A DNA stretch of 64,000 bases, from assembly GCA_942493075.1 (NCBI GenBank), contig OW818681.1, positions 5,622,779 to 5,686,778 of the forward strand. The letters run 5' to 3'. Positions 16,334 to 25,653 of this stretch are shown one piece after another (positions within the stretch are counted from its first letter, which is position 1; each line of letters begins with the position of its first letter). Source of the stretch: an uncultured Verrucomicrobiota bacterium. GTDB taxonomy: Bacteria > Verrucomicrobiota > Verrucomicrobiia > Limisphaerales > UBA8199. The position numbers were made by a program, and so were the translations under genes. The notes under the pieces are model-generated. The model was not told the origin of the DNA. It searched no databases and saw only the letters and a program-made list of their open reading frames with translations.

Positions 16334-18438
16334 ACTATTCCAACGCTCTCCAACTCGCCGAAAAGATCGCTTTGGAGCTGGTCTTTGCCCAACCCGGGCG
16401 CGACGAAGGACTCCTGCCCGTCAACAGCCTGCTCAGCGACCTCAGTGAACTGGTCGCATCGGAACCAGCGGTGCCAGACCCCATCCGGCAGGGGTTGACG
16501 ATCGCACGCGAATGCGTGGACGATGCACTGGTCGCCGGCGGCTTTACTCCCCATCTGCTGGAGCGGCTCTCCGCCCTGGTGTCATGGCTCCCGGTTGCTT
16601 TGCGGGCCTGGGAACAAAGTGGTTCAATCCCGGAAGTGCCGCGAGGTTCCGGAGTGAGCGCTGGAGCCAGCCCGGCTACTGTCTCCGCAGGACCCACGGC
16701 AGCCGCCACGATAGTCGAGGAAATGGTCCTTAATCTCAAGGAAAACGAAGACTTGCTACGGGAGTTCATTGAGGAATCAAAAGAACACCTGCAGGAAATC
16801 GAACTCGGCGTCCTCGCGCTCGAAGAGAACCCGGAAGACGAAGAATCGCTGAATGCGATTTTCCGTGCGTTTCATACTTTAAAAGGTGGTTCAGGATTCC
16901 TGAACCTTGGCCCGATCAATCGCCTGGCTCACGAGCTGGAATCCCTGCTCGAACTCGCGCGGCAGCATCAACTCCGTCTCGAAGGCAACAGCATCAACCT
17001 GGTGCTCGGAGGGGCCGATATACTCAAAGCCATGGTGGAAGCCGTGCAACGCCAGGTCACTGGCGCTGATCCCCAGCAACCGATCCCCACTTCGATCCAG
17101 CCTTGGATTGAGCGGGTTCAGGCAGCCGTCAAGGCCTGCCTGAACGGCGAGACTGAGAGTGCAGATCGAGAAGAGCCCGCCGCGTTTACTCCCACCATTG
17201 TAGCCAACCCGAAGGCAGAGGAATCCGCATCGGCCAAAGCTGAAGCCCAATCCAAATCCAACAGCGGCATCGTCAAAGTGGACACGAGCAAGCTCGATGG
17301 TTTGATGGATCTGGTCGGCGAAATGGTAGTGGCCCAATCGCAAGTCGCCCAGAATGTGGATTCGGTGGCGATGCAAAACCAACAACTCATGCGAAACCTG
17401 GCCCAACTGCGCCGGATTACGAATGAATTGCAGCGCACAGCCATGTCTCTGCGCATGGTGCCCATCCGAGGAACGTTCCAGAAGATGACTCGCCTGGTGC
17501 GCGATCTCTCGGCGAAGGCCGGCAAGATGGTCGAGCTCCAAATCACCGGTGCGGATACCGAACTGGACCGCAATATCATCGAGGAAATCAACAGTCCCCT
17601 GGTCCATATGATCCGCAACGCCGTGGATCACGGCTTGGAAACCCCGGAAGCGCGCACCGCCAAGGGCAAGCATCCCAAGGGCACCATCTGGTTGCGCGCG
17701 TTTCACCAGGGAGGCAGCGTGGTTATCGAAATAGCCGATGACGGCGCGGGCCTGGACCGCGAGCGGATCTTGAGCAAAGGAATCGAACGCGGCCTGGTGC
17801 AGGAAGGCCAGCAGCTTGCCGAGCGTGACATCTTCGGCCTAATCTTCCAGCCCGGTTTCTCCACGGCCCAGCAAGTCACCGAAATATCCGGACGCGGCGT
17901 TGGCATGGACGTTGTGCGGCGGAATATCAACCGTTTGCATGGCAAGATCGAGATTGAATCGGAGCACGGCAAAGGCTCCACGTTCTCCATCTTCCTGCCT
18001 TTGACTTTGGCGATCATAGACGGCCTGGCCGTGAGCGTTGGCCAGGAGCGGTTCCTGCTCCCGACCTTGTCGGTGCGCGAATCCTTCCGACCGACGGCCG
18101 ACATGCTCAACAGTATTCATGAGCGGGCTGAGACAGTGAACGTGCGCGGACAAATCCTGCCGCTGTTGCGTTTGCATGAGCATTTCAACATCGAGCCTGA
18201 ATCGCGCGACCCCCTCAAGTCCATCATCGTTGTGGTGGAAGCCGAAGGGCGTGATCACTGCCTCATGGTCGATCGGCTTCTGGGGAAACAGGAGATCGTG
18301 ATCAAAGGCCTGGGACCCACTTTCCAGGACAACCGCTACCTGGCTGGGGCCGCCATCCTGGGCGATGGCCGTGTGAGCCTCATCCTGGATGTCATTTCGC
18401 TGGTCAGCAGCACGCCTTTACAGGCATTGGCGGGTTAA
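16330..18438 (+). CDS. cheA: chemotaxis histidine kinase CheA with ~130-aa N-terminal extension before the Hpt domain
   Basis: Hpt 'FRAFHTLKGGSGFLNL', dimerisation 'VKVDTSKLDGLMDLVGEMVV', HATPase 'HMIRNAVDHGLE ... DDGAGLD ... GRGVGMDVV', and a C-terminal CheW-like P5 domain. Start set at ATG 16330, which overlaps the cheB stop (ATGA). Confidence 0.9.
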   Translation: MNYSNALQLAEKIALELVFAQPGRDEGLLPVNSLLSDLSELVASEPAVPDPIRQGLTIARECVDDALVAGGFTPHLLERLSALVSWLPVALRAWEQSGSIPEVPRGSGVSAGASPATVSAGPTAAATIVEEMVLNLKENEDLLREFIEESKEHLQEIELGVLALEENPEDEESLNAIFRAFHTLKGGSGFLNLGPINRLAHELESLLELARQHQLRLEGNSINLVLGGADILKAMVEAVQRQVTGADPQQPIPTSIQPWIERVQAAVKACLNGETESADREEPAAFTPTIVANPKAEESASAKAEAQSKSNSGIVKVDTSKLDGLMDLVGEMVVAQSQVAQNVDSVAMQNQQLMRNLAQLRRITNELQRTAMSLRMVPIRGTFQKMTRLVRDLSAKAGKMVELQITGADTELDRNIIEEINSPLVHMIRNAVDHGLETPEARTAKGKHPKGTIWLRAFHQGGSVVIEIADDGAGLDRERILSKGIERGLVQEGQQLAERDIFGLIFQPGFSTAQQVTEISGRGVGMDVVRRNINRLHGKIEIESEHGKGSTFSIFLPLTLAIIDGLAVSVGQERFLLPTLSVRESFRPTADMLNSIHERAETVNVRGQILPLLRLHEHFNIEPESRDPLKSIIVVVEAEGRDHCLMVDRLLGKQEIVIKGLGPTFQDNRYLAGAAILGDGRVSLILDVISLVSSTPLQALAG

Positions 18439-18520
18439 AATCTCTAAAGTAACCGTCCCGATCAGCCGATAAAAAACTACAAGCCTCCCTCGGTGGAGGT
18501 TTGAACTTAAGCGCAAAATT

Positions 18521-19051
18521 ATGGCAGCCAATCTCATTCAATCGAATCCTGCTAGGACCCAGACCCACTCGGGCGCAGGCAAGTATTTGACCTTCATTCT
18601 GGGCAGGGAAACCTATGGCATCGAGGTGCTAAAGATCCGCGAGATCATCCGCATGGTGGATATCACGCTGGTTCCGCAAATGCCTAATTATATCCGCGGC
18701 GTGATCAATTTGCGTGGCAAGATCATCCCCGTGGTGGATCTGCGCGTCAAGTTCGGCCTGAGCTGTGCCGAGACCGCCGAACGCACCTGCATCATAGTGG
18801 TCCAGGTGGACACGGCTGATAAATCCAGCATGCTCATGGGCCTGGTCGTGGATCAAGTAGAGGAAGTGCTCAACATCGCTAACGAAGAGATCGAGGAAAC
18901 CCCGGATTTCGGCGCCAAGCTCGATACCAGCTATCTGCTGGGCATGGCCAAAGTGAAGGGCAAAGTGGCCTCCCTGCTTGATATCGATCGAGTGCTCGCG
19001 GCCGCTGCGCTTGAAAAGCTCACGGAAGCCGCCTGCATCGCGGAAGCATAA
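18521..19051 (+). CDS. cheW: coupling protein CheW
   Basis: 176 aa. '[22 protein letters not shown]' and '[18 protein letters not shown]' form the typical CheW-like domain. Confidence 0.9.
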   Translation: MAANLIQSNPARTQTHSGAGKYLTFILGRETYGIEVLKIREIIRMVDITLVPQMPNYIRGVINLRGKIIPVVDLRVKFGLSCAETAERTCIIVVQVDTADKSSMLMGLVVDQVEEVLNIANEEIEETPDFGAKLDTSYLLGMAKVKGKVASLLDIDRVLAAAALEKLTEAACIAEA

Positions 19052-19106
19052 TCTTCAAAAGGGTCGGCGGGGCTTTCGGTGGGGGTTGCCTTCCAGCAAA
19101 GTCCTT

Positions 19107-21020
19107 ATGACACTTGGAAAACGAATCGGTTGGGGTCTAGGCTCAATCCTGACCCTCATGGGGCTGATCGGTGGCTTGGCCGTGGTGAACATGGACCGCT
19201 CCAGCCGGGCCGCGCGAACTCTCGCAGGAGCCTACGTTCCGCAAGCTACCCTGGGCGGCGAACTCGGAGAAGCTGCTTCCGAAGCCCAGCTCGCAGCGAC
19301 CAGCTTCGGCTACACTGCCGAAACTAATTTTCATCTCAATGCTTCCCAACAACTGGCCGCCTTGCGTGCCGCGTTGAATTCAGCGAAGAACCTGGCTCAA
19401 ACCCAAACCTGCCTCATTCAACTCGGCGGGCAGGTCGCGAGCCTGGAACCCTTGCTGGCCAGTGCCCAATCGGATCTGGAAGCCACCGCTGCCCAGAACC
19501 GCCGCATGGTCGAACTCCGTAATCAGCTTGAGGAGAAAGCAGAGGTTTTCATCTACAACATCGAAATGTACGTGGGTGATCTTGAGGATACGCTAACACG
19601 AGACATCCAGGCGGGCGCATCCGTCGAGGTGCTCAAGAAGCACGCAACCCGCATCAGCCTGGCTTCCGAAATTCGCGTAGCCGGTAACGCCGCACGTGTG
19701 GCGATTTTCAAATCACTGGCACTGCGTCAACCCGACCTCCTGAACGCTGGCGTCACTCAGTTCGAAAAACTCCAGGCCCACCTGAACGAACTGTTCCCTC
19801 TGGAAACCGACCCGGAGCACTTGCGCGAGCTAAAGGATGTGGCAGATGCCGCTGGGGAGTATGGCCTGGCGATGACCCAGATCCAGGTGGCTCAGCAGGA
19901 ATTGGGCAAGCTCGCATCCAAACGGACTCAGACGGCAGACGCCATGGAAACCCTGGTGGACCAAGCCGTCACCCAAAGCCTCTCCCAGACATTGCTGGCC
20001 GCTGATGAAACAAGCAACCGGCTCACACGCGGTTCTAGATTGCTGACCGGTGGTTTGACTGTCGCCTTTTTAGCGGGTGTGGTCATGGCCTGGTGGCTCA
20101 CACGCAACACGAAGGGACATCTCGCCGCTGTAACTCAACGCCTGGAGGAAGGCGCCCAACAGGTAGCTGTGGCTTCCACCCAACTCTCCGAATCCAGCAA
20201 CTCCCTGGCACAGAGCGCCAGCCAGGAAGCGGCTTCCCTTCAAGAAACCAGCTCCTGCCTGGAAGAAATGGCGTCCATGATCCGCCAGAGCTCCGAACAT
20301 GCGCAAGCCGCCAGGGAACAATCGTCCGCTGCAAACGCGGCAGCCCTGGAAGGAGCCAATGGCATGCGAAAAATGTCCGAGGCCATGTCGGCGATCGGTG
20401 GATCGAGTGAGAACGTCAGCCGGATTGTAAAAACCATCGATGAGATTGCATTCCAGACCAACCTGCTGGCCTTAAACGCCTCTGTCGAAGCTGCTCGTGC
20501 CGGCGAGGCTGGCCGGGGATTTGCCGTCGTAGCTAACGAGGTGCGGGCGCTGGCCCAACGTAGCGCTCAAGCCGCAAGGGAGACAGCCGAGAAGATCGAG
20601 GATTCTGTCGCGAAAAGCGCTTACGGCATCCAGATCAGTCTCGAAGTGGATGAGCACCTTAAAACCATCGCTTCGAAAACCAGCGATGTGGATGGCCTAA
20701 TCAACCGCGTAGCCCAGGCGCTTAAAGAACAGGCCCAGGGGGTTAACCAATTGAACACGACGGTGGCCCAAATGGAACAGGCGACCCAGTCCAACGCAGC
20801 CAATGCGGAAGAAACAGCCAGCGCTGCGGAGGAACTCAATGCTCAGACCTTGATGTTCACCGAGGCTGTCCAGGAGCTCTCGGACCTTGCAGGTTCCGAA
20901 TGCAAGACGAAGCAACAAGCTCTGCCGTGCCCACAGGTCACAGATCACTCCATCTCTGCCAATCGTTTCCGAAACGCCCCAACTTCCCCAGCATCCCGCC
21001 TACGCGCTGTGAGGGCTTGA
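19107..21020 (+). CDS. methyl-accepting chemotaxis protein (two TM helices, ~300-aa periplasmic helical sensor)
   Basis: Start set at ATG 19107 ([23 protein letters not shown]). Second TM '[18 protein letters not shown]'. The signalling hairpin is highly conserved: '[43 protein letters not shown]'. Confidence 0.9.
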   Translation: MTLGKRIGWGLGSILTLMGLIGGLAVVNMDRSSRAARTLAGAYVPQATLGGELGEAASEAQLAATSFGYTAETNFHLNASQQLAALRAALNSAKNLAQTQTCLIQLGGQVASLEPLLASAQSDLEATAAQNRRMVELRNQLEEKAEVFIYNIEMYVGDLEDTLTRDIQAGASVEVLKKHATRISLASEIRVAGNAARVAIFKSLALRQPDLLNAGVTQFEKLQAHLNELFPLETDPEHLRELKDVADAAGEYGLAMTQIQVAQQELGKLASKRTQTADAMETLVDQAVTQSLSQTLLAADETSNRLTRGSRLLTGGLTVAFLAGVVMAWWLTRNTKGHLAAVTQRLEEGAQQVAVASTQLSESSNSLAQSASQEAASLQETSSCLEEMASMIRQSSEHAQAAREQSSAANAAALEGANGMRKMSEAMSAIGGSSENVSRIVKTIDEIAFQTNLLALNASVEAARAGEAGRGFAVVANEVRALAQRSAQAARETAEKIEDSVAKSAYGIQISLEVDEHLKTIASKTSDVDGLINRVAQALKEQAQGVNQLNTTVAQMEQATQSNAANAEETASAAEELNAQTLMFTEAVQELSDLAGSECKTKQQALPCPQVTDHSISANRFRNAPTSPASRLRAVRA

Positions 21021-21034
21021 ACCGCCAGGCTGGA

Positions 21035-22063
21035 TCAGGCCGGGGCAGGAATCTTGGAAGCCGTGATTCCTGCTGCACTCGCGATTCTTACGGCCAGGTG
21101 TTCAAAATCCTGGCGGCATTCCTTCACGGCGTAGGTATGCGCACCGATGGCGCCATCAGCAGGCTTCAACATAAAAATCGGCTTCCTCGCTTCCATGGCC
21201 ATTGGCATGAGGCTTCTGTAATGCTTCATCCTGGCAAGGCAGTTTGGATCTGAGTCGAGCCCCTCATCGGAACCAGGTGCTTGTCCGAGCACCGAACCTC
21301 GATACTCACCAGGCATGCGTTGCATCCATTTATCAAATGCCTTAACGGGTCGTCCATCCCTGGAAAAATGCTGCATGAACACGTACCCTGCCGGTTTCAT
21401 ATCCCCTGGAGGCAGCAGCAGCTCTGGCTCTGGGTTTTTAAGAAGCCGCTCATGCCATTCTATTCGCCAGCGCCGGAGCGTGGGGCCTAGATTTCTCAGG
21501 CCTTGCATAGAAAACAAATCGGGGGCTAAAGGGATAACCACAGCATCCGCCGCGATCAGAACCGCTCGGTTTATTGCCCCAAGGTTGGGACCAACATCCA
21601 CCAGGACAACATCCGCTTCGCATCGATCAGCCGCGTTTAGAATGATCCGATAGAAGGCAGATATGATCCTGAATGCACTCTCATCGCGATCATTACACAA
21701 CGGCCAGCTTGAGCTTAGCTTGTCCTCGAATGATGACAGGCCCAGGTCTCCTACGAGGAGGTGGATGCGGGAGGACATGAAAAGGTCCGTCTCGTCGAGA
21801 GGAACAAGATGTGGCTCTGCAAAATCGCCAATGCCGCGAATAATCGGACGAAGACTGCCAAGAAGAGTTTTGGGATGCTCGCCCTCAGGCCAAAGCTCTT
21901 CCAAAGCGTCCTCGTTTAAGAACATCGAACTCAGATTCGCCTGAGGGTCCAAATCGACGGCAAGCACTTTATAATTCAAGTGGGCGTACATCCACGATAG
22001 GTGATACACAAGGGAAGTCTTGCCTACACCGCCCTTATTGTTGAACAGAGTAAGGATTTTCAT
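21035..22063 (-). CDS. ParA/MinD-superfamily ATPase (orphan, 342 aa, long C-terminal extension)
   Basis: Deviant Walker A 'NNKGGVGKTS', 'LAVDLDPQANLS' and Walker B-like 'VVLVDVGPNLG'. The start overlaps the stop of the upstream gene (ATGA at 22060-22063). Confidence 0.8.
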   Translation of the reverse strand: MKILTLFNNKGGVGKTSLVYHLSWMYAHLNYKVLAVDLDPQANLSSMFLNEDALEELWPEGEHPKTLLGSLRPIIRGIGDFAEPHLVPLDETDLFMSSRIHLLVGDLGLSSFEDKLSSSWPLCNDRDESAFRIISAFYRIILNAADRCEADVVLVDVGPNLGAINRAVLIAADAVVIPLAPDLFSMQGLRNLGPTLRRWRIEWHERLLKNPEPELLLPPGDMKPAGYVFMQHFSRDGRPVKAFDKWMQRMPGEYRGSVLGQAPGSDEGLDSDPNCLARMKHYRSLMPMAMEARKPIFMLKPADGAIGAHTYAVKECRQDFEHLAVRIASAAGITASKIPAPA

Positions 22064-23253
22064 GTGCGTGCTTTGAGCGTCACCAGGAAGTAACCCGCAT
22101 CGAATGCGAATTCCGCAGGAGGGTTCCCATTCTCCAAAAGGGCGTGCTGGGCCCGCTCGACCCCGGAACCATAGCGGTTTACGAAGCCAAGTGTTTTCAT
22201 CGCCTCGGCGAGCACGGGGTTGCGATAAGCGTTCTGCCTGGGGAAATTCTCGGGGGAAGCCTCACCATACAGAGAGCCTGGATTCTGAATCTCGATGCGA
22301 TCTGAAAACCAGTAGAAACGGATGGGGCCTGTCGCCTCGTAGTCACGATGCATAACCGAGTTCATCAAGAACTCGCGGAGCGCGTAACGAGGGTAGTCGA
22401 GCACCGCTTGCTCCCGTAGAGTCGTCTGCGGAACGGGTCGTGCCGCCAGTTGTGTATCAATCACCATTTCAAGCTCTCGCAGCACGGTTAACAAATCGCC
22501 CTGAAGTTCCTTTTCCATTAAGACCTCCTCCGGACGCAGGAGTTCGCCCGAGAGGCGAAGGAATTGCAGATAACAACCTGGGAGCCATCCCCGGGGGTCC
22601 TTTGCAAATAGGAGAATTCCAGCATTTGTTGGGCAATCGTTCTTTGGATCATAGAAGCGAAGGGCTGCCAACTGCTGAGTGATTCCGCGATTGTTCGCCT
22701 CTATCACGTCCTGAGAAATGGCATGCTGCCGGTAGGTGTTTAGAAAAAGGTCCGCAGCCAAATCTGCAACTGTGCTACCCAGGCAAGGGCGAAGGTCGAA
22801 TGTTTTGGCATGGGATATCCTGCGTTCAGTAAGCCTTCGTTCCTCCGTCTCCGTCGCAATAGCCCTTCGGGGCCCCACCCTGATCCATACCTGGCCCTTG
22901 TAGCGTACGGGCGGCAGGTCCGAGGGCAACACTTCCACAATCGCGACCTCGCCGGAACCATCTGAAAGTGCGATCTTGTAAATATTGAGCGCAGGGATTG
23001 GGAGAACATTGCCGTTCGCTCGAATCTCACCAAGCCTCAGCAAAAGTCGATCTGTAGCCTTCAGTCCTTTGGGATTGCCCTTGTTGTCCACCCCTATTAG
23101 CAAATACCCAGGTAGTCTATGACCAGGGAAATCGTTCGAAAAGGCGCATGTAGCGATGCAATACTTCTCCAGATCGTCAATCGACTCGGTGCGCTCCACC
23201 CGATCAGATTCCAAATCCGTCATCAGATGTATCAACTCTATTTCTGTTAGCAT
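22060..23253 (-). CDS. AlbA_2 (Schlafen-like, 'divergent AAA') N-terminal domain + HATPase_c_4-type C-terminal domain protein (often annotated as a putative transcriptional regulator or RecG-like)
   Basis: The N-terminal 'LESDRVERTES' follows the E-x3-E-x-K style opening of AlbA_2 domains. The C-terminal 'REFLMNSVMHRDYEATGPIRFYWFSDRIEIQNPG' carries the HRDY...IxNPG hallmark I associate with HATPase_c_4. Assignment is from memory. Confidence 0.7.
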   Translation of the reverse strand: MLTEIELIHLMTDLESDRVERTESIDDLEKYCIATCAFSNDFPGHRLPGYLLIGVDNKGNPKGLKATDRLLLRLGEIRANGNVLPIPALNIYKIALSDGSGEVAIVEVLPSDLPPVRYKGQVWIRVGPRRAIATETEERRLTERRISHAKTFDLRPCLGSTVADLAADLFLNTYRQHAISQDVIEANNRGITQQLAALRFYDPKNDCPTNAGILLFAKDPRGWLPGCYLQFLRLSGELLRPEEVLMEKELQGDLLTVLRELEMVIDTQLAARPVPQTTLREQAVLDYPRYALREFLMNSVMHRDYEATGPIRFYWFSDRIEIQNPGSLYGEASPENFPRQNAYRNPVLAEAMKTLGFVNRYGSGVERAQHALLENGNPPAEFAFDAGYFLVTLKART

Positions 23254-23481
23254 AGGGGTTGTTTGCTACATCAGCATGTTACCCGATTCGGGCGCTGCTC
23301 GCAGCAAATCCTTTGTGAGATATGTGAGGTCGGACACCCTTTGTCTGACGAATGGTGCTAGAGTCACGGGCGTGGGTGAAACCGGGAGTCTGGCGCAAGC
23401 GGCGGAAAGCCACCAAACAAAGCTTTTTTGCCATTGTCAAAACTGTTAGCTTGCCGATGTCCTACGGAACCCTGAACCTGT

Positions 23482-24609
23482 TTGGAGCAATCTAAAATGG
23501 CACCGAAAAGCGAAAAAACTGAGAAGCCGGCCGAGAAAGCCGCGCCGGAGAAGGTTGTTGATAAAAACGTCGAAGCCAAGAACGCAGAGGCGGCAAAAGT
23601 GGCCGCCACACGTGCGCGCGAGCTTGAATCAGCCATCTCGACCATCACCAAAACCTACGGTGAAGGCAGCATCATGCGTCTTGGGGATGCCCACGCACTC
23701 CGCAAGATCGAGGTCATTCCCACAGGCGCCCTGGCCGTGGATCTGGCGCTTGGGGTCGGCGGCGTGCCCCGCGGCCGCGTGATCGAGATTTTCGGCCCGG
23801 AAAGTTCCGGCAAAACCACGCTGATGCTCCACGTAATCGCCAACGCGCAAAAGGCTGGCGGTTTGGCTGCCTTTATCGATGCCGAGCATGCGCTCGATCC
23901 TGCCTATGCCAAACGCCTGGGCGTGAACCTGCAGGATCTGCTTGTTTCTCAGCCGGATAGCGGTGAAGAAGCACTATCCATCTGCGAAATGCTTGCTCGC
24001 TCGAATGCTTTGGACGTCATTGTCGTCGATTCCGTGGCGGCGCTGGTCCCTAAAGCCGAACTTGAAGGTGAGATGGGCATGGCAACGATGGGCATGCAGG
24101 CCCGGCTGATGAGCCAGGCCCTACGTAAGCTCACAGCCATCCTGGCTAAAGCCCGCACCACCTGCATTTTCACCAACCAAATGCGCGAAAAGGTCGGCGT
24201 CATGTTCGGCAATCCCGAAACCACGCCTGGAGGCAAGGCGCTGAAGTTCTACGCCAGCGTGCGCATAGATATTCGCCGCAAGGAAACACTGAAAGACGCG
24301 GCCGGTAACGCTATTGGCAACCACGTTAAGGTTAAAATTGTTAAAAACAAGGTCGCACCGCCCTTCTGTGAGGCCGAATTCGACATTCTTTATAACCACG
24401 GCATCAACAAAGAGGGAAGCATTTTGGAAGTTGCGGTCGATTCGGGCGTCGTGGACAAAAAGGGAGCGTGGCTCCAGTTCAACGGCGAGCTGATTGGCCA
24501 AGGTAAGGATGCGGCCCAAAAGGCTCTGACGGAGACGCCTGAGCTGGCCCAGAAAATCGTTGCCGCCATCATGGCGAAACGCGAAGCCGCCGCTGCCGCC
24601 GCCGCCTGA
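23482..24609 (+). CDS. recA: recombinase RecA (with ~38-aa K/E/A-rich N-terminal extension)
   Basis: '[10 protein letters not shown]', Walker A 'GPESSGKTT', '[10 protein letters not shown]', 'VVDSVAAL' and '[37 protein letters not shown]'. Confidence 0.95.
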   Translation: MEQSKMAPKSEKTEKPAEKAAPEKVVDKNVEAKNAEAAKVAATRARELESAISTITKTYGEGSIMRLGDAHALRKIEVIPTGALAVDLALGVGGVPRGRVIEIFGPESSGKTTLMLHVIANAQKAGGLAAFIDAEHALDPAYAKRLGVNLQDLLVSQPDSGEEALSICEMLARSNALDVIVVDSVAALVPKAELEGEMGMATMGMQARLMSQALRKLTAILAKARTTCIFTNQMREKVGVMFGNPETTPGGKALKFYASVRIDIRRKETLKDAAGNAIGNHVKVKIVKNKVAPPFCEAEFDILYNHGINKEGSILEVAVDSGVVDKKGAWLQFNGELIGQGKDAAQKALTETPELAQKIVAAIMAKREAAAAAAA

Positions 24610-24882
24610 GTGGGAACCATTGGCAACGAGCGCGGGATGCTTGGCAGTTCAACCGGAACATCCGGCTGGGTTTTACCCATCCGGAGTGGGTTCTGCCCCC
24701 CATTTCACCTCGTGAATCGTTGTAATAATTTGCTTGCAACCGGCGGGGTAATGGCTCATGTTCCGGGAACAAATACGTTTTAGGCACCGTGTGCCTGTAT
24801 GCTTGATCGATTACTGCATGAATAAGCTTCAACCGGTGAGGGCGTCTTGAGTCGCCCCTATCCTCCACGTTCGGCTTCTCCG

Positions 24883-25605
24883 ATGTCCTTCGTCCGGGTT
24901 AATGGGAAAATACGCGCCCGGGAGGTCCGAGTAATCGGCCCGGAGAGTAAACAGCTTGGGATCATGTCGCTAGGTGACGCGCTCACAATGGGGCGGAACT
25001 TGGGAGTAGACTTGGTCGAGATCGCCCCAAATGCGACTCCGCCAGTTTGCCGACTGGTCGATTTTGGCAAGTTCCGCTACGAACAGGCCAAGAAAGACAA
25101 GGAATCCAAGAAACACCAGCATTCGACCCGAGTCAAAGAGGTGCAGCTCAGTCCCAAGATTGATCCGCACGATCTCTCCGTTAAAATCCAACACGGAATC
25201 GGCTTCCTCTGCGAGGACATGAAGGTGAAAATCGCCCTCAAGTTCCGCGGACGCGAAATGGCCCACACGGAGTTTGGGTTCCAGGTGATTCGCAAATATC
25301 TCCAGGAAATCGCCCCTTATGGGCACGAAGATTTTCCGCCCAAACTGATCGGGCGCGGAATCACTGTCATGATCAGTCCACTGCCACGCAATAAGCGGGC
25401 GAAGAATCCTTACGAGAACGAGATTCTTCCGGAAATGGTCGATAATGAGGACCCGGGTGATGACGACGATGACGATGAATCCCAGGACGAGTCTTCCGCC
25501 GATTCAAATAAACCCGTAGCCATCAATCGTGGTGGCGAGGATGAGAAGCAGCCTTCCGAGGGCGGTTTCACTAACAATCCTTTCTCCCAGATCGACCCCA
25601 AGTAA
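24883..25605 (+). CDS. infC: translation initiation factor IF-3 with ~65-aa acidic C-terminal tail
   Basis: 'VNGKIRAREVRVIGPESKQLGIMSL', 'GVDLVEIAPNATPPVCRLVDFGKFRYE' and 'KFRGREMAH'. Start set at ATG 24883 (the track uses TTG 24847). The start codon is uncertain because IF-3 genes often use non-canonical starts. Confidence 0.9.
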   Translation: MSFVRVNGKIRAREVRVIGPESKQLGIMSLGDALTMGRNLGVDLVEIAPNATPPVCRLVDFGKFRYEQAKKDKESKKHQHSTRVKEVQLSPKIDPHDLSVKIQHGIGFLCEDMKVKIALKFRGREMAHTEFGFQVIRKYLQEIAPYGHEDFPPKLIGRGITVMISPLPRNKRAKNPYENEILPEMVDNEDPGDDDDDDESQDESSADSNKPVAINRGGEDEKQPSEGGFTNNPFSQIDPK

Positions 25606-25622
25606 AAGGTTATCGCTTTACG

Positions 25623-25649
25623 CCGGCGCGGTATCCCCGCGCCGGTTTT
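25623..25649. terminator. rho-independent terminator downstream of infC (between convergent infC and hypE)
   Basis: CCGGCGCGG-tatcc-CCGCGCCGG followed by TTTTCTCTTT, beginning 18 nt after the infC stop. Confidence 0.7.
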
Positions 25650-25653
25650 CTCT

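Noticed and set aside
23254-23481. LexA/SOS box upstream of recA.
   Set aside because: I found only scattered TGTT tetramers (TGTT-N13-TGTT at ~23262-23282; TGTTAGCTTGCCGATGTCC near 23444). None fits the palindromic or direct-repeat arrangements of LexA motifs that I remember.
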